From positions 1,963,889-2,027,888 of the forward strand of contig JACKHF010000001.1 in assembly GCA_020639155.1 (NCBI GenBank): a stretch of DNA of 64,000 bases, given 5' to 3'. The notes beneath the pieces were generated by a model. It had not been told where the DNA came from and made no database searches. It saw nothing but the letters and a program-made list of their open reading frames with translations. Numbering within the stretch: position 1 is the first letter of the stretch; each line of letters opens with the position of its first letter. The position numbers and the translations under genes were made by a program. This stretch comes from Phycisphaeraceae bacterium. Its GTDB lineage: Bacteria > Planctomycetota > Phycisphaerae > Phycisphaerales > UBA1924. This document shows positions 38,814 to 49,249 of this stretch, one piece after another.

Positions 38814-40024
38814 ACCATCCGTGTCATGTCAAACAGAGGAAGGAACAGACTCATCGCCATGGAGCCGACAAGTATGCCCATTGCGATCAGAATTAACGGC
38901 TCAAGAACAGACGTGACTGAACGCACCTGCGCATCACTCTCTTCATCAAGGATGTCTGCAACGCTGAGCAGCGAAGGACCGAGCTCGCCTGCGGTTTCAC
39001 CCGATCGCACCGCTTCACAGAATGATTCATTGACAAGCCGGCTCTTGCAAAAAGCATCGCTGAGCGGATCGCCCTGCGTGACAGCTTCGGTCGCTTTGTC
39101 GAGCAGAGCGCGGTAGTGATAGTTTCCGAACGATGCTTTGACGAGCTGCGTTGCTTCGTTGATCGGTATCTTGTTCTGCACAAGCACTCCGAGCACACGC
39201 GCAAGCCGGGCAGTGGACACGTGCCTGACAACGCGACCCAGGATGGGGACATGCACCGCGAGCGTCTGGATTGTCCGCTTTGCGTTCTGTGTGCGGTACC
39301 ACAACGAGACTGTAACCACACATGTGATAATTGTACCGACCAGAATAAAGAAGTGGGTACGGGCGGTCTCGCTCAGCCACATCACAAATGTTGTGCTCGG
39401 TGGAAGCGTCACACGCAGTGATTTAAAGAGAGAGTCAAACCGAGGGATGACCAGCAGCAACATCAGAATAAGAACAGTCACGCACACGACAACCAGCAGC
39501 ATTGGATAGATAGCTGCACTGACGATCGATCGGCGCAGCTGGACCTGCTTGTGAATGAGCTTGCTGATTCTGCCCATCATGTCCTTCAACCTGCCCGTCG
39601 CTTCGCCCGCATGCACAAGGCTGATGACAACAGGATCGAAGTACTTCTTGTGCTGGCGCATGGATTCTGAGAGTGGTTGCCCGCGCTCGACACGCTCGCG
39701 TATGTCTGAAACAGTTCGCTTCCAAGTATCATCACGGGCTTGGCGCTCGCACGATTCGAGTGCATCTGTCACGGTCGCACCTGCACTGAGCAGCACGAAC
39801 ATATTTCGTGTGAAGGAGAGCACCAGGTTGCTTGTATTGCGCCCGAATGGGAGACGCTTCATGACCTTTTTCAGGTCCTTGCCCTGCTCGCCTTCCTCGT
39901 GGATGGTCGTAACAAACGTGCCCTTCTTGCGGAGCAGCTCGGTACCGTCATTTATGGTGTTGGCTTCGATGACGCCTGCGCACGCAGCGCCGTCACGGTC
40001 AAAGCCTTTGTAGACAAGTTTCAT
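38810..40024 (-). CDS. Type II secretion system F family / PilC platform protein
   Basis: Duplicated GspF domain with three TM segments, 404 aa. Confidence 0.8.
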   Translation of the reverse strand: MKLVYKGFDRDGAACAGVIEANTINDGTELLRKKGTFVTTIHEEGEQGKDLKKVMKRLPFGRNTSNLVLSFTRNMFVLLSAGATVTDALESCERQARDDTWKRTVSDIRERVERGQPLSESMRQHKKYFDPVVISLVHAGEATGRLKDMMGRISKLIHKQVQLRRSIVSAAIYPMLLVVVCVTVLILMLLLVIPRFDSLFKSLRVTLPPSTTFVMWLSETARTHFFILVGTIITCVVTVSLWYRTQNAKRTIQTLAVHVPILGRVVRHVSTARLARVLGVLVQNKIPINEATQLVKASFGNYHYRALLDKATEAVTQGDPLSDAFCKSRLVNESFCEAVRSGETAGELGPSLLSVADILDEESDAQVRSVTSVLEPLILIAMGILVGSMAMSLFLPLFDMTRMV

Positions 40025-41787
40025 GCGGCCCTCCCGAGTGTCTCAGTGGGCATGTCCGTGTCGGCATCGTCGATATCGGAATCATGGCTGTGGGTGACGC
40101 GCAGCACTTCCTCAAGGCTTGTCTTTCCAGCACGGGCAAGCGCGATGCCTTCCTCACGCAGTGTCAGGCAGCCCTCATCACTCATCTGCAGACGCAGTGT
40201 GTGTGTCGGTGCGGATTTGTGGATCATGCGCCGTAGTGTTGGGGTGACTTCCATCACCTCGTAGATGCCAGATCGACCCTTGAAGCCGGTATCGTGGCAG
40301 TGCTGGCAGCCCAGTCCCTTCTGGAACGGCTGGCGCAAGTCGTTGCTGATGCGAGCTTCTTCCAGCACGTGATCTTCGGGGAAGTACTTTGTCCTGCATT
40401 GTCCGCAGACGGTACGCGCGAGTCGTTGGGCAACGGCACCGTTCAGAGCGGTTGAGACAAGGTACGGCTCAATGCCCATGTCAAGCAGACGAGCAACAGA
40501 TCCTGGTGCGTCGTTGGTGTGCAGAGTTGCGAGCACGAGGTGACCCGTGAGTGATGCTCTGACTGCAACGCGCGCAGTCTCTTCATCGCGAACCTCGCCG
40601 ATCATCACCACGTCCGGATCCTGACGAAGAATGCTCCGCAGTGCGGACGCGAACGTCATCCCAATGGAATCATGCACCTGTACCTGATTTACCATGTCGA
40701 GCTGATACTCAACAGGATCTTCGACGGTGACGATATTTCGCTCGGGTGTTTGGATGAGTTCCAGTGCCGAGTAGAGTGTTGTGGTCTTGCCCGATCCGGT
40801 TGGTCCTGTGACAAGAATCATGCCGTGAGGCTGATGAAGCATGTGCTTGAATCGTTCGAGCGCTTCGGCGCGGAAACCGAGGTCTTCCAGGCGCACACGA
40901 AGATTCTCCTTGTCGAGAATGCGCACCACGACCTTCTCACCGAGCAGTGTCGGAATGCTCGACACGCGAAGATCGATCTCGCGACCCTCAGCAACGATGC
41001 GCACACGCCCGGCTTGTGGAAGACGTTTTTCCGCAATGTCCATCTTTCCGATGACCTTCACGCGCGAGATAATTGCTGGGTGCAGACCGATCGGTGGACG
41101 CATCAGCTCGCGGAGCGTGCCGTCAATGCGATATCTGATGCGCGTGCCACGCTTGTCAGGTTCGATGTGGATATCGCTTGCGCCATCGCGGATTGCTGTC
41201 AGCAGCGCGACGTTCACGAGATTGACGATGGGACTCCCATCGATCATGTTCTCGAGTTCGGGGATCGTCTCGTCCTCGATCGACTCGCGCTCAATGATTG
41301 AGACGTCCGAATCGACGAGTTGCGTCATAAACCCGTCGACGTCAACTTTGCCGCCAGCGTACTTCTTGATGTACTCACGAATGTCCGGCTCAAGCGCAAG
41401 CACGGGTCTGATCTCAAGCTCTGTCAGACTGCGGAGTCGATCAATTGTGTGCAGCGACTGTGGTTCAGCCATTGCAACAGTGAGTGTGCCATGCACGCGA
41501 AACAGTGGGAGTGCGCGGAGTTCCAGAGCCTCCTGCTCACCAATCAGTTCGAGTAGTGCTGGATCGATAAGACCGTGGCGCAGCACGCATCCGGGCACAC
41601 CGATACGCGCAGAAAGCGTCTGCTCGAGCACAGCTCGTGTAATGATGCCCTGCTCGAGGAGAATCTCGCCGAGGAGCTTGCCGGTGGCGCGCTGGATAGC
41701 GAGTGCATCGCGCACCTGGTTCTCGGTCACCTGCCCCGCTTGAACGAGCAGCTCACCAATACGTAATCTCGGCGCTTCGTGCATCAA
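40021..41787 (-). CDS. GspE/PilB-family type II/IV secretion ATPase
   Basis: Walker A (VTGPTGSGKTT), Asp and His boxes, a tetracysteine C-terminus (CGQC...CQHC), 588 aa. Confidence 0.9.
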   Translation of the reverse strand: MMHEAPRLRIGELLVQAGQVTENQVRDALAIQRATGKLLGEILLEQGIITRAVLEQTLSARIGVPGCVLRHGLIDPALLELIGEQEALELRALPLFRVHGTLTVAMAEPQSLHTIDRLRSLTELEIRPVLALEPDIREYIKKYAGGKVDVDGFMTQLVDSDVSIIERESIEDETIPELENMIDGSPIVNLVNVALLTAIRDGASDIHIEPDKRGTRIRYRIDGTLRELMRPPIGLHPAIISRVKVIGKMDIAEKRLPQAGRVRIVAEGREIDLRVSSIPTLLGEKVVVRILDKENLRVRLEDLGFRAEALERFKHMLHQPHGMILVTGPTGSGKTTTLYSALELIQTPERNIVTVEDPVEYQLDMVNQVQVHDSIGMTFASALRSILRQDPDVVMIGEVRDEETARVAVRASLTGHLVLATLHTNDAPGSVARLLDMGIEPYLVSTALNGAVAQRLARTVCGQCRTKYFPEDHVLEEARISNDLRQPFQKGLGCQHCHDTGFKGRSGIYEVMEVTPTLRRMIHKSAPTHTLRLQMSDEGCLTLREEGIALARAGKTSLEEVLRVTHSHDSDIDDADTDMPTETLGRAA

Positions 41788-42119
41788 AGGAAACTCCTTG
41801 CTGCAGCGCTTGCATCCTCAAAGAGTTCAAAGTGGGGTCCGATGCCGGTAAGCACGAACACCTCGCGCACTGTGTCCGTTAATGCGCACAAGCGGAGAGA
41901 GTGTCCGGCGTCGGAAAAGTCGTTCGACACCTCCACAAGAATCTCAAGCCCGCGACTGTCAATAAATGGCACAGCTGACAGATCGATTGCAAGCCGCCCC
42001 AGCGTTTGCCTGCCAGCAACGAGGCACTGGTCCTTCAGGTCCTCCGCATCCTGCTGCGTGATCGAACCCTTTGGCTTCAGTACTGTCACCGCACCGTGGA
42101 TGTGGCGTTCGACGTCCAT
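41784..42119 (-). CDS. STAS domain protein (anti-sigma-factor antagonist-like)
   Basis: 111 aa SpoIIAA-like sequence (VLKPKGSI...FIDSRGLEILV). Its stop overlaps the pilB start. Confidence 0.7.
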   Translation of the reverse strand: MDVERHIHGAVTVLKPKGSITQQDAEDLKDQCLVAGRQTLGRLAIDLSAVPFIDSRGLEILVEVSNDFSDAGHSLRLCALTDTVREVFVLTGIGPHFELFEDASAAARSFL

Positions 42120-42167
42120 GTCTACCTCTTTGCGATTGCCCTTTCCTTTGTTTGTTCTTTCAGCCTG

Positions 42168-44024
42168 TTACGCTGCGTGTGCAAGCACGGGCAGTATGAT
42201 CTTGAACGTGCTCCCCTCATTGAGAATGGAATCCGCTGTGATCTCCCCGCCATGCAGGCGCACCACCTCACGGGCAAGGGCAAGTCCGAGCCCCGATCCC
42301 GTGGTGGTTGCAACACGATCATCCTGTGCCCGGTAGAACCGATCGAACACGCGCGGAAGCATGTCCTCTGAAATTCCAATGCCCGTATCGGTTACGCTAA
42401 TCGAGAGCTGGCTTGTTTCAGCCTGGACATCAACAGTGACGGTGCCGCCATCCGGTGTATATTTGAGCGCGTTGCCCACGAGGTTATGGATAGCCATGGC
42501 AAGCTTGTCGCGCTCACCCAGTAGTATGGGGAGCTTGGGCGGCAGGTTGAATGTCAGTGTGATGTTCTTGTCGCGAGCCTGTGCTTCGTAGTCAGCTTCG
42601 ATCTCATGGAGAAGCTGCTCAGTCCGCACGTCATCTCGATGCAGCGTGTATGAGCCGGAATCCATCTCGCTGACAGAGAGCATGTCATTGACGATGCGCT
42701 CGAGTCTTCGAGATTCCCGGTTGATGACATTGACAGCCTGATCGCGAGCCGACTGGTCCATCGTGTGATCTTCGAGCATTGACTCCGCGTAGAGTCTGAT
42801 GTTTGTCAGCGGGGTGCGGAGATCGTGCGTTGCCTGCGCAACGAATACATCGCGTGACTGCTGTGCAATGCGTTGCTGTGTGACATCTTCTATCAGAGCG
42901 ACGACAAGCGATGGGTTCGATTGTGGTATGCGACGCGCCACAACGCGCAGCACTCCCTTTGTTCCATCGTTGTCCTGCTCTATTTCCAGCGTTGAATGCA
43001 CGCGATCACCGCTGATCAATCCCTGGATTGCTTCTACAAGCTGGTATGGAGCATTGTTCTGTGCGAGTGTAATCAGATTGTCGGACTTTGATGGCAGTCC
43101 GAGCAGGTTCAGACCCGCCCCGTTGGATAGCTGCACATGCATGTCGGCATCAATCACGATCAGACCGATCGGAAGTGCGCTGCACGCACTGATCGCAACC
43201 CGGTTCTCAACGGCCGCGCTGGACAAGGCTCCTTGCGCGCGCTGCGCGATATCGTTTTCGTCAAGCCCCTGCAATCGACGAACCAGCATGTTCCACGCTG
43301 TCGCCTCTGCACCGAATCCGGGATGGATGCGAAGGGCATCTGGTGTAAGGCCCTGATCGTGAATTGCAAGCAGGGCGCTGCGGAGGGCAGAAACACCACG
43401 TTGATTCTGACGAACAAGACGCTGTGTCCATGCCAGTGTGAGAGCCGCTGCAGCAGCAAGAACCCACACGCCAGCGATCATCGTGCTGGGCGACTGGTTC
43501 GGAGGAGCTATGGTGTCAACACCAAGCCGAACCGTTCCACGTTCAGGCACAATAAAGGACATTGATGCGTTGACGCCATCAGGAATTGCGGAAGTGGATA
43601 CCGGCGTCATCGGACTCCGTTCCCATGTCTCTGGCAACTGCTGAAGTATCGATTCAGAACTTGAGTTTGCGATGATGCTGCCGTCTGGTAAAGTCACACG
43701 AACTTCTGCAATCCATTCGCTTTGTGCTGCAGCTTTCACGACTCGTGAAACACTCTCAATGTCCTTTGCCATGAGGAGTGGCTGGAGCGCACTTGCAACA
43801 CTCGAAACAGCGCCGCGGGCTTCCTCATCAAGATGTTCGAGCACATGGGACTTGTATGTCTGCGCAATCCAGAGGCTGGATCCAAGTGCAGCAACAACCA
43901 CAATAATTGGACTCACAAATGGAATGAGCACACGTTTGAGATCGAACCAACCAACGTGCGCACGCACACTTCGGCGGTGTCCGTCTGAACGCGGCTCATG
44001 TCTATTCTCGGAATGTGTCTGCAC
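42168..44024 (-). CDS. Sensor histidine kinase (TM, HAMP/PAS-like, HisKA, HATPase_c)
   Basis: H-box ATHDLRTPL, N/G1/G2 boxes (NLVGNALKYT, DTGIGI, GSGLGLA). Confidence 0.8.
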   Translation of the reverse strand: MQTHSENRHEPRSDGHRRSVRAHVGWFDLKRVLIPFVSPIIVVVAALGSSLWIAQTYKSHVLEHLDEEARGAVSSVASALQPLLMAKDIESVSRVVKAAAQSEWIAEVRVTLPDGSIIANSSSESILQQLPETWERSPMTPVSTSAIPDGVNASMSFIVPERGTVRLGVDTIAPPNQSPSTMIAGVWVLAAAAALTLAWTQRLVRQNQRGVSALRSALLAIHDQGLTPDALRIHPGFGAEATAWNMLVRRLQGLDENDIAQRAQGALSSAAVENRVAISACSALPIGLIVIDADMHVQLSNGAGLNLLGLPSKSDNLITLAQNNAPYQLVEAIQGLISGDRVHSTLEIEQDNDGTKGVLRVVARRIPQSNPSLVVALIEDVTQQRIAQQSRDVFVAQATHDLRTPLTNIRLYAESMLEDHTMDQSARDQAVNVINRESRRLERIVNDMLSVSEMDSGSYTLHRDDVRTEQLLHEIEADYEAQARDKNITLTFNLPPKLPILLGERDKLAMAIHNLVGNALKYTPDGGTVTVDVQAETSQLSISVTDTGIGISEDMLPRVFDRFYRAQDDRVATTTGSGLGLALAREVVRLHGGEITADSILNEGSTFKIILPVLAHAA

Positions 44025-44232
44025 GAAGACTCTCCGCAGGTGGCATAACCAGTATTACCCTACCCTATCGACTCAGGACGGCATCATCTGAAGTTCCAGT
44101 CATCAGTTATAAAGCGACCTGCGAATGTGAATCGGGTGAGATTCTTCACGTTCAGACTGATTTGATGCGAGGAACTGACCGATCGGGCACATAGGTAGGG
44201 TTTGAAAGCCGACAAAGCTCGGCGTTCTGTGC

Positions 44233-44679
44233 GTGGAGAAGCTGCTGTTGGAGCAGAAAAAAACCATTTTGGTCGTTGATGACGAGCCTCATCTGACATA
44301 TATGCTGGCGCATCGGCTGCGCTCAGAGAGTGTCAATGTGCTCGAGCAGAATAACGGGCAGGATGGATACAAGACGGCCATCAATCTGATTCCCGATCTT
44401 GTGATTACCGATTATCAGATGCCACGGATGTCTGGTATTGCGATGTGCCAGGCTCTCAAGGCCGATGCCAGAACTGCACACGTGCCTGTGCTCATGATTA
44501 CCGGTCGGGGGCATCGTGTCACCCGTGACGACCTGGAATGCACAAACGTGCGCGAGCTCATGTCAAAGCCGTTCAGTTTTAATGAGCTGTTATCTAAGGT
44601 GTTCGAGTTGATTCAGGTGCATCCCGAGGATGCATCTGGGCAGACTTCGGAGGATGCAGAGAAGAAAACACGGATGTAA
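44233..44679 (+). CDS. Single-domain response regulator (CheY-like receiver)
   Basis: VVDDEP ... ITDYQMPRMSG ... K receiver residues. Confidence 0.75.
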   Translation: MEKLLLEQKKTILVVDDEPHLTYMLAHRLRSESVNVLEQNNGQDGYKTAINLIPDLVITDYQMPRMSGIAMCQALKADARTAHVPVLMITGRGHRVTRDDLECTNVRELMSKPFSFNELLSKVFELIQVHPEDASGQTSEDAEKKTRM

Positions 44680-44706
44680 TACGCCGAAGACAAGGAGTGC
44701 GGCACA

Positions 44707-46455
44707 ATGCCGACGGCTGATGGAAAGACGGGCAGCAATCATCCCGCACTGGATGTGCGCACGCGCTGTCTTTCGCTCGGTGTTCCTGTATGGGTCTTTG
44801 ATGAATCGGGTCATCAAGTCCTTCCTCCTTCAGACGATACCTCTGTTGCAAACCAGCTTGAATCAACTTTTCCCAGTGAACTTGTCGCGTCAGTCGTTGA
44901 TTCATCCGGCACAGAACACACCACCTGTTCGTGTGATCGCATTCCCGCGAGCGTCGTGAATGATGCAATCGGTGAAGATGCTGGTGATCTGCGGTTCCTG
45001 ATACGCAGGGTGCCAGTGCCGCACGCACCGTGGGATTTCTGGACACTCATCGCGCTTGTTATTGACGAAGTTGCAGTGAACACAGTTCCAGTTTGCAGGT
45101 CTCTCGTCGATTCGGGCGCATTGCAGATACTTGATGCTCGATCTATACACTGGATTCAGCAGACGATTGACTGGATGACGGACGACCGTGTGCATGTGTC
45201 AAACGACAAGGTGCTCTTGGATCGGTTCAGCACCGAGTTGATGATCAGCTTCGAACATGTCGATCTCTTGTTCCGATTTGCTCGCCTGCTCAACTGCGCA
45301 GAAGAACCCGATGAGATTATCCGCGTCCTGATCCATCAGATGCTGGCATTGTTGCCGTTTGACTGGATCTCCGTCGGCTTTGCAAACAAGGACTCGATCC
45401 TTCCACAACTCGCTGGTGCACACATTATCGCCGGTAAACCACCGTGCGATTTTCAACAGCTTTCAAGCGCCCTTGCGCAAGCGATCAATGATTGCAAGGG
45501 TGACTCATGGACAAACGTGCTCGACGTGGGCGAGCATCCGCTCAGCGATCTGGTGCAATCTCAGATTGTCGCAGAACCGATCTCGCACGACAGCAAGCCA
45601 ATCGGTATGCTGATCGCGGGCGGGAAGACCGGCCCGGATCCGGATGCGCACAGTCAGGAACTTCAGTTCCTTGATGCGACATCAGCATTCCTTGGCGTGT
45701 TCCACGCGAGTGCAGCCCGGTTCCATGAGCAACGCATCGCGTTTTACGGCATGGTCAAGGCAATGACGGCTGCGATTGATGCGAAGGACAGATACACCCG
45801 AGGCCACTCGGAGCGTGTTGCCCATCTCGGACGCGAACTTGCGATCGCTGCGGGATTGTCTGAGCAGCAAGTTGAAGAGGTGTATATCGCAGGCTTGCTC
45901 CATGACGTCGGCAAGATCGGCGTGCCCGAAGCAGTGCTTTGCAAGAACGGCAGGCTGACCGATGAAGAGTTCCTGCAAATCAAGAAGCACCCCGAAACCG
46001 GCGTGAACATCCTCAAGGATATTCCATCGCTTGAGGCAATGATGCCAGGTGTGCTGCACCACCATGAGCGTTGGGACGGTCGTGGGTATCCGTACAATCT
46101 TTCCGGCGATTCCATTCCGCTGTATGGACGCATCCTTGCTGTCGCGGACGCGTTTGATGCGATGAGTTCGACCAGATCATACAGGCCGGCACTCCCACGC
46201 GAAACCGTGCTCAGCGAGATGCACAAGTGTGCGGGCACCCAGTTCGATCCTCGCCTTGCAATGCTGTTTGTCGAGCTTGATCTGTCTGAGTTTGATGCAA
46301 TGCTCAGGTTACATGCTGAGGATGCGCCGAACTTTGTCGCGATTGTTGACGACGAGAGTTTGGATCAGAGCCTTGACAAGACACTCGGAAGCGCCTCATC
46401 AAAGAGTGAGGATGAGAGCAGCGAGAAGAAATCGCAAGAACGATCTGCCGCGTAA
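44707..46455 (+). CDS. HD-GYP domain c-di-GMP phosphodiesterase with an N-terminal GAF-like sensor region
   Basis: HDVGKIGVPEAVL ... HHERWDGRGYP (HD and GYP motifs). Confidence 0.8.
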   Translation: MPTADGKTGSNHPALDVRTRCLSLGVPVWVFDESGHQVLPPSDDTSVANQLESTFPSELVASVVDSSGTEHTTCSCDRIPASVVNDAIGEDAGDLRFLIRRVPVPHAPWDFWTLIALVIDEVAVNTVPVCRSLVDSGALQILDARSIHWIQQTIDWMTDDRVHVSNDKVLLDRFSTELMISFEHVDLLFRFARLLNCAEEPDEIIRVLIHQMLALLPFDWISVGFANKDSILPQLAGAHIIAGKPPCDFQQLSSALAQAINDCKGDSWTNVLDVGEHPLSDLVQSQIVAEPISHDSKPIGMLIAGGKTGPDPDAHSQELQFLDATSAFLGVFHASAARFHEQRIAFYGMVKAMTAAIDAKDRYTRGHSERVAHLGRELAIAAGLSEQQVEEVYIAGLLHDVGKIGVPEAVLCKNGRLTDEEFLQIKKHPETGVNILKDIPSLEAMMPGVLHHHERWDGRGYPYNLSGDSIPLYGRILAVADAFDAMSSTRSYRPALPRETVLSEMHKCAGTQFDPRLAMLFVELDLSEFDAMLRLHAEDAPNFVAIVDDESLDQSLDKTLGSASSKSEDESSEKKSQERSAA

Positions 46456-46463
46456 CAGGCCGC

Positions 46464-47126
46464 TTGATTGGATCAGTCATGATGGCTTCCAGAAGACAGA
46501 ACAAAAGAGCTCGTGCGTTCACACTGATCGAGTTGACGATCGCTATGACACTGGCAGCGCTGCTGATGGGGTCTATTGTCTCTGTCATTGTTGTATCAAG
46601 TAAGTCGCTTGATGTTGCCACTTCGCAGGCGGTTACTGGCAACGTATCAGAAGCAATGCTCAGAGTAACCAGCGATCTTCGTCAGGCAAAATCGTTCACT
46701 ATTGTGACTTCAACATCCGTCACGTTCACTGTTCCCGATCGCACGGGCGATGGGATTGATGACAAGATAGCCTACGTTTGGTCCGGAACAAAGGGTGATC
46801 CGCTCACGTTCCAGCTCAACTCCAGTAGCGCAACAACAGTGATCGAGGATGTCCGCGATCTCTCATTCGAGTATCTCCTGGGAAAGGATGTTGCATGGGC
46901 TGGTGCATCATCGCCAGATCCCGGTATCACGATCAACGTTGGTGGGGTCGGCGTTACTCTTGGCAATGGCAATGGCAATGGCAATGGCAATGGCAATGGC
47001 AATGGCAATGGCAATGGCAATGGCAATGGCAATGGCAATGGCAATGGCAGCAGTAGCAGCAGTAGCAGCAGTAGCAGTAGTAGCAGTAGTAGCAGTAGTA
47101 GCAGTAGTAGCAGTAGCAGCAAGTGA
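46464..47126 (+). CDS. Pseudopilin-like prepilin-type protein with a C-terminal (Gly-Asn)14-(Ser)~25 tail
   Basis: RAFTLIELTIAMTLAALLMGSIVSV prepilin N-terminus. The C-terminus is encoded by microsatellite DNA. Confidence 0.65.
   Translation: MIGSVMMASRRQNKRARAFTLIELTIAMTLAALLMGSIVSVIVVSSKSLDVATSQAVTGNVSEAMLRVTSDLRQAKSFTIVTSTSVTFTVPDRTGDGIDDKIAYVWSGTKGDPLTFQLNSSSATTVIEDVRDLSFEYLLGKDVAWAGASSPDPGITINVGGVGVTLGNGNGNGNGNGNGNGNGNGNGNGNGNGNGSSSSSSSSSSSSSSSSSSSSSSSSK
46962..47120 (+). repeat. Simple sequence repeat: (GGCAAT)x14 followed by about 25 AGC/AGT triplets
   Basis: Counted directly: GGCAAT units from 46962 to 47045, then AGCAGT/AGCAGC units to about 47120, all inside the CDS. Confidence 0.9.
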
Positions 47127-47138
47127 TAACACAACTAT

Positions 47139-47774
47139 ATGGTTTTAATGTCACACAATGTAGCTTGCCGTGCGTTCACGATCGTCGAAGTCGTGATGTC
47201 GCTGTTGATTGTTTCACTGGTGCTTCTCGCAGGATTGCGCACCGCTGCTGCAACTGGCAGTGAGGCTCGCATCCGACGTGAGCGCGATATTGGCCGATTG
47301 CTTGCCGACCAGCTTCTTGCTGAGATCATGGCCCTTCCGTCGGAAGACCCGAACGAAACGCCGGTATTCGGTATGGAACTGGATGAAACGGGGACATCCA
47401 GACGCGACGTTCTCGACGACATCGACGATTACAACGGCTGGACCGAATCGCCCGTGCGAGCAGCAGACGGCACAATCATCGCCCAGTACTCGCAGTGGCG
47501 CAGGGATGTGGAAGTTGACTGGATCAGCACGATCGTGCCAATCGCTGTGCCAACAGACACAAGACTGAAGGGTGTCACCGTGACAGTCTACGCACCATCC
47601 GGCAAGTCGTACACACGCACCGCGCTTCGCTCGATGCACGAATATCGCGACAGGTCCGATGACGAACAGGTCGTGCGTATTGGCGTGTCGCTCACCGCAG
47701 GTGTGGATGGAAGGAATATCACCGAGACGGCGGCATCTGTTGTGGTTCTGGAAAACTCTCCCGAGGGCAACTGA
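47139..47774 (+). CDS. Pseudopilin-like prepilin-type protein
   Basis: RAFTIVEVVMSLLIVSLVLLAGL N-terminal prepilin motif. Confidence 0.6.
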   Translation: MVLMSHNVACRAFTIVEVVMSLLIVSLVLLAGLRTAAATGSEARIRRERDIGRLLADQLLAEIMALPSEDPNETPVFGMELDETGTSRRDVLDDIDDYNGWTESPVRAADGTIIAQYSQWRRDVEVDWISTIVPIAVPTDTRLKGVTVTVYAPSGKSYTRTALRSMHEYRDRSDDEQVVRIGVSLTAGVDGRNITETAASVVVLENSPEGN

Positions 47775-47782
47775 GCAGATCA

Positions 47783-49144
47783 ATGATTACCAACGGTTCC
47801 AAATCCTTCTCTCACCCACGCAGAGGCGCTGCATATGTGCTTGTGCTTGGTGCGAGTCTGCTCGTGTTCATCATCGGTGTCAGTGCGCTGGCAGCGATGA
47901 CCGTGACATCTGAAGGGATTGATCAACTCAACGACGCGCAATCGGCTGAGCAGCTTGCCCCCTCGGGCATTCAGTGGGCGATGACCAAGCTCTCCTCAAA
48001 TACCAACTGGCGCAGCGTGTATTCCAACAACACATATGGTGGTTCGATCGGGTTTGGCGGTGGTACTTTCAAATGGAAGGTGCGTGATCTGAGCGACAGC
48101 AATCTGGCAGACGATGCAGGCGATGAGGTGCAGATCGTTTCGCAGGCAACGGTGGGAGATGCAGTCCGCACATATGCAGCGACCTACGTCCATCCGAACT
48201 CGCCGCTCGAACTTCTCATGAGCAACATCCATGCGGGTGCCGATATCGACATCAAGAGTGGCGCAACACTCCAACTCTTTGAAGATGACGAACTGATCAG
48301 CGCCAATGGTTCATGGAAGAACGATGGCCGTCTCGAAGGAAACGCTCGCACAACATCATTGTCCGGTGGTGGCGGATCGGGAACAGCTTCGGGCACAGTG
48401 GTGACCAACGCAAGTACATTAACGATGCCTTCATCCGCGTTTGTTGACCGACTCATTGCTCGTGCGACAACACTCACTTACTCCGGTGATATCGATACCA
48501 AACTCATTGCCCCGGGGTTGAACGAGTATGACCTCGATGCACCGACCGGTTCGAATATCTGGTATCTCAACACGGGTGGTCAGGATATCACAATCAAAAA
48601 CTCGCGCATCCAGGGAACGCTCATCATCAACGTTGGGAACTCCAAGTCGGTCCGAATTACAAATCGTGTGCTCATCGAGCCGGACTCGCCGTCCATGCCA
48701 TCGCTGATTGTGATAGGAAATCTTGAGATTCAAACCGATGGTCCGTCGCTCGGGCTCGCTGCACTCCTCGCGTTACCTCTTGGTGATCTACGAACCACAC
48801 TCGCGGCAACATCAAAACCATTGTCAGAGAGCACACTGTCGCACAACTTCAATCCACCCACAGCACCCTACCAAGGGGGATCGGATACCGATAAGGCTGA
48901 TCGATATCCGTGCATGATGAACGGGTTGATATATGCAACCAGCGATGTCGTCTTCAGCAATACCAACTGGGTTCTTGGGTTAGTGATAGCTGGACAGGAT
49001 GTGGATGTTGACGGCGGCACAACAGCAGTGTTCCACGACACAATCTACTACGACAACCCCCCCGATGGCATGGTGGAGTACGACACATCAACATTTGTGC
49101 TGATGAACGGCACGTGGGGTCGAATCGGCGCAAATGACGAATAA
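47783..49144 (+). CDS. Hypothetical pilus-associated protein (GspK-like position), N-terminal TM
   Basis: AAYVLVLGASLLVFIIGVSALAA hydrophobic N-terminus, a beta-rich Gly/Thr/Asn-rich body. It follows two pseudopilin genes. Confidence 0.4.
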   Translation: MITNGSKSFSHPRRGAAYVLVLGASLLVFIIGVSALAAMTVTSEGIDQLNDAQSAEQLAPSGIQWAMTKLSSNTNWRSVYSNNTYGGSIGFGGGTFKWKVRDLSDSNLADDAGDEVQIVSQATVGDAVRTYAATYVHPNSPLELLMSNIHAGADIDIKSGATLQLFEDDELISANGSWKNDGRLEGNARTTSLSGGGGSGTASGTVVTNASTLTMPSSAFVDRLIARATTLTYSGDIDTKLIAPGLNEYDLDAPTGSNIWYLNTGGQDITIKNSRIQGTLIINVGNSKSVRITNRVLIEPDSPSMPSLIVIGNLEIQTDGPSLGLAALLALPLGDLRTTLAATSKPLSESTLSHNFNPPTAPYQGGSDTDKADRYPCMMNGLIYATSDVVFSNTNWVLGLVIAGQDVDVDGGTTAVFHDTIYYDNPPDGMVEYDTSTFVLMNGTWGRIGANDE

Positions 49145-49249
49145 CTATTCTCGATGATCAGTGCCGTGTCGAGATATCGGATTCAATATATTAAGACCGC
49201 ATCAAGTACAAGCTAAATCCCGACGATACAAGGAGTAACTCCGGGGTCT

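Noticed and set aside
40841-41743. 300-aa plus-strand ORF antisense to the GspE/PilB ATPase gene
   Set aside because: It falls inside a gene with unambiguous Walker/Asp-box motifs. Ser/Arg-rich low-complexity translation.
46962-47045. Possibility that the regularly spaced GGCAAT units are a CRISPR array
   Set aside because: The unit is only 6 bp with no spacers, and it is in-frame inside a CDS. It is a microsatellite, not repeat-spacer architecture.
46772-47154. Minus- and plus-strand ORFs made of poly-Leu, poly-Pro or HCHC repeats (46772-47134, 46849-47148, 46908-47132, 46954-47154)
   Set aside because: These are alternative-frame readings of the (GGCAAT)n / (AGC)n microsatellite. Only the pseudopilin frame has a credible N-terminus and context.
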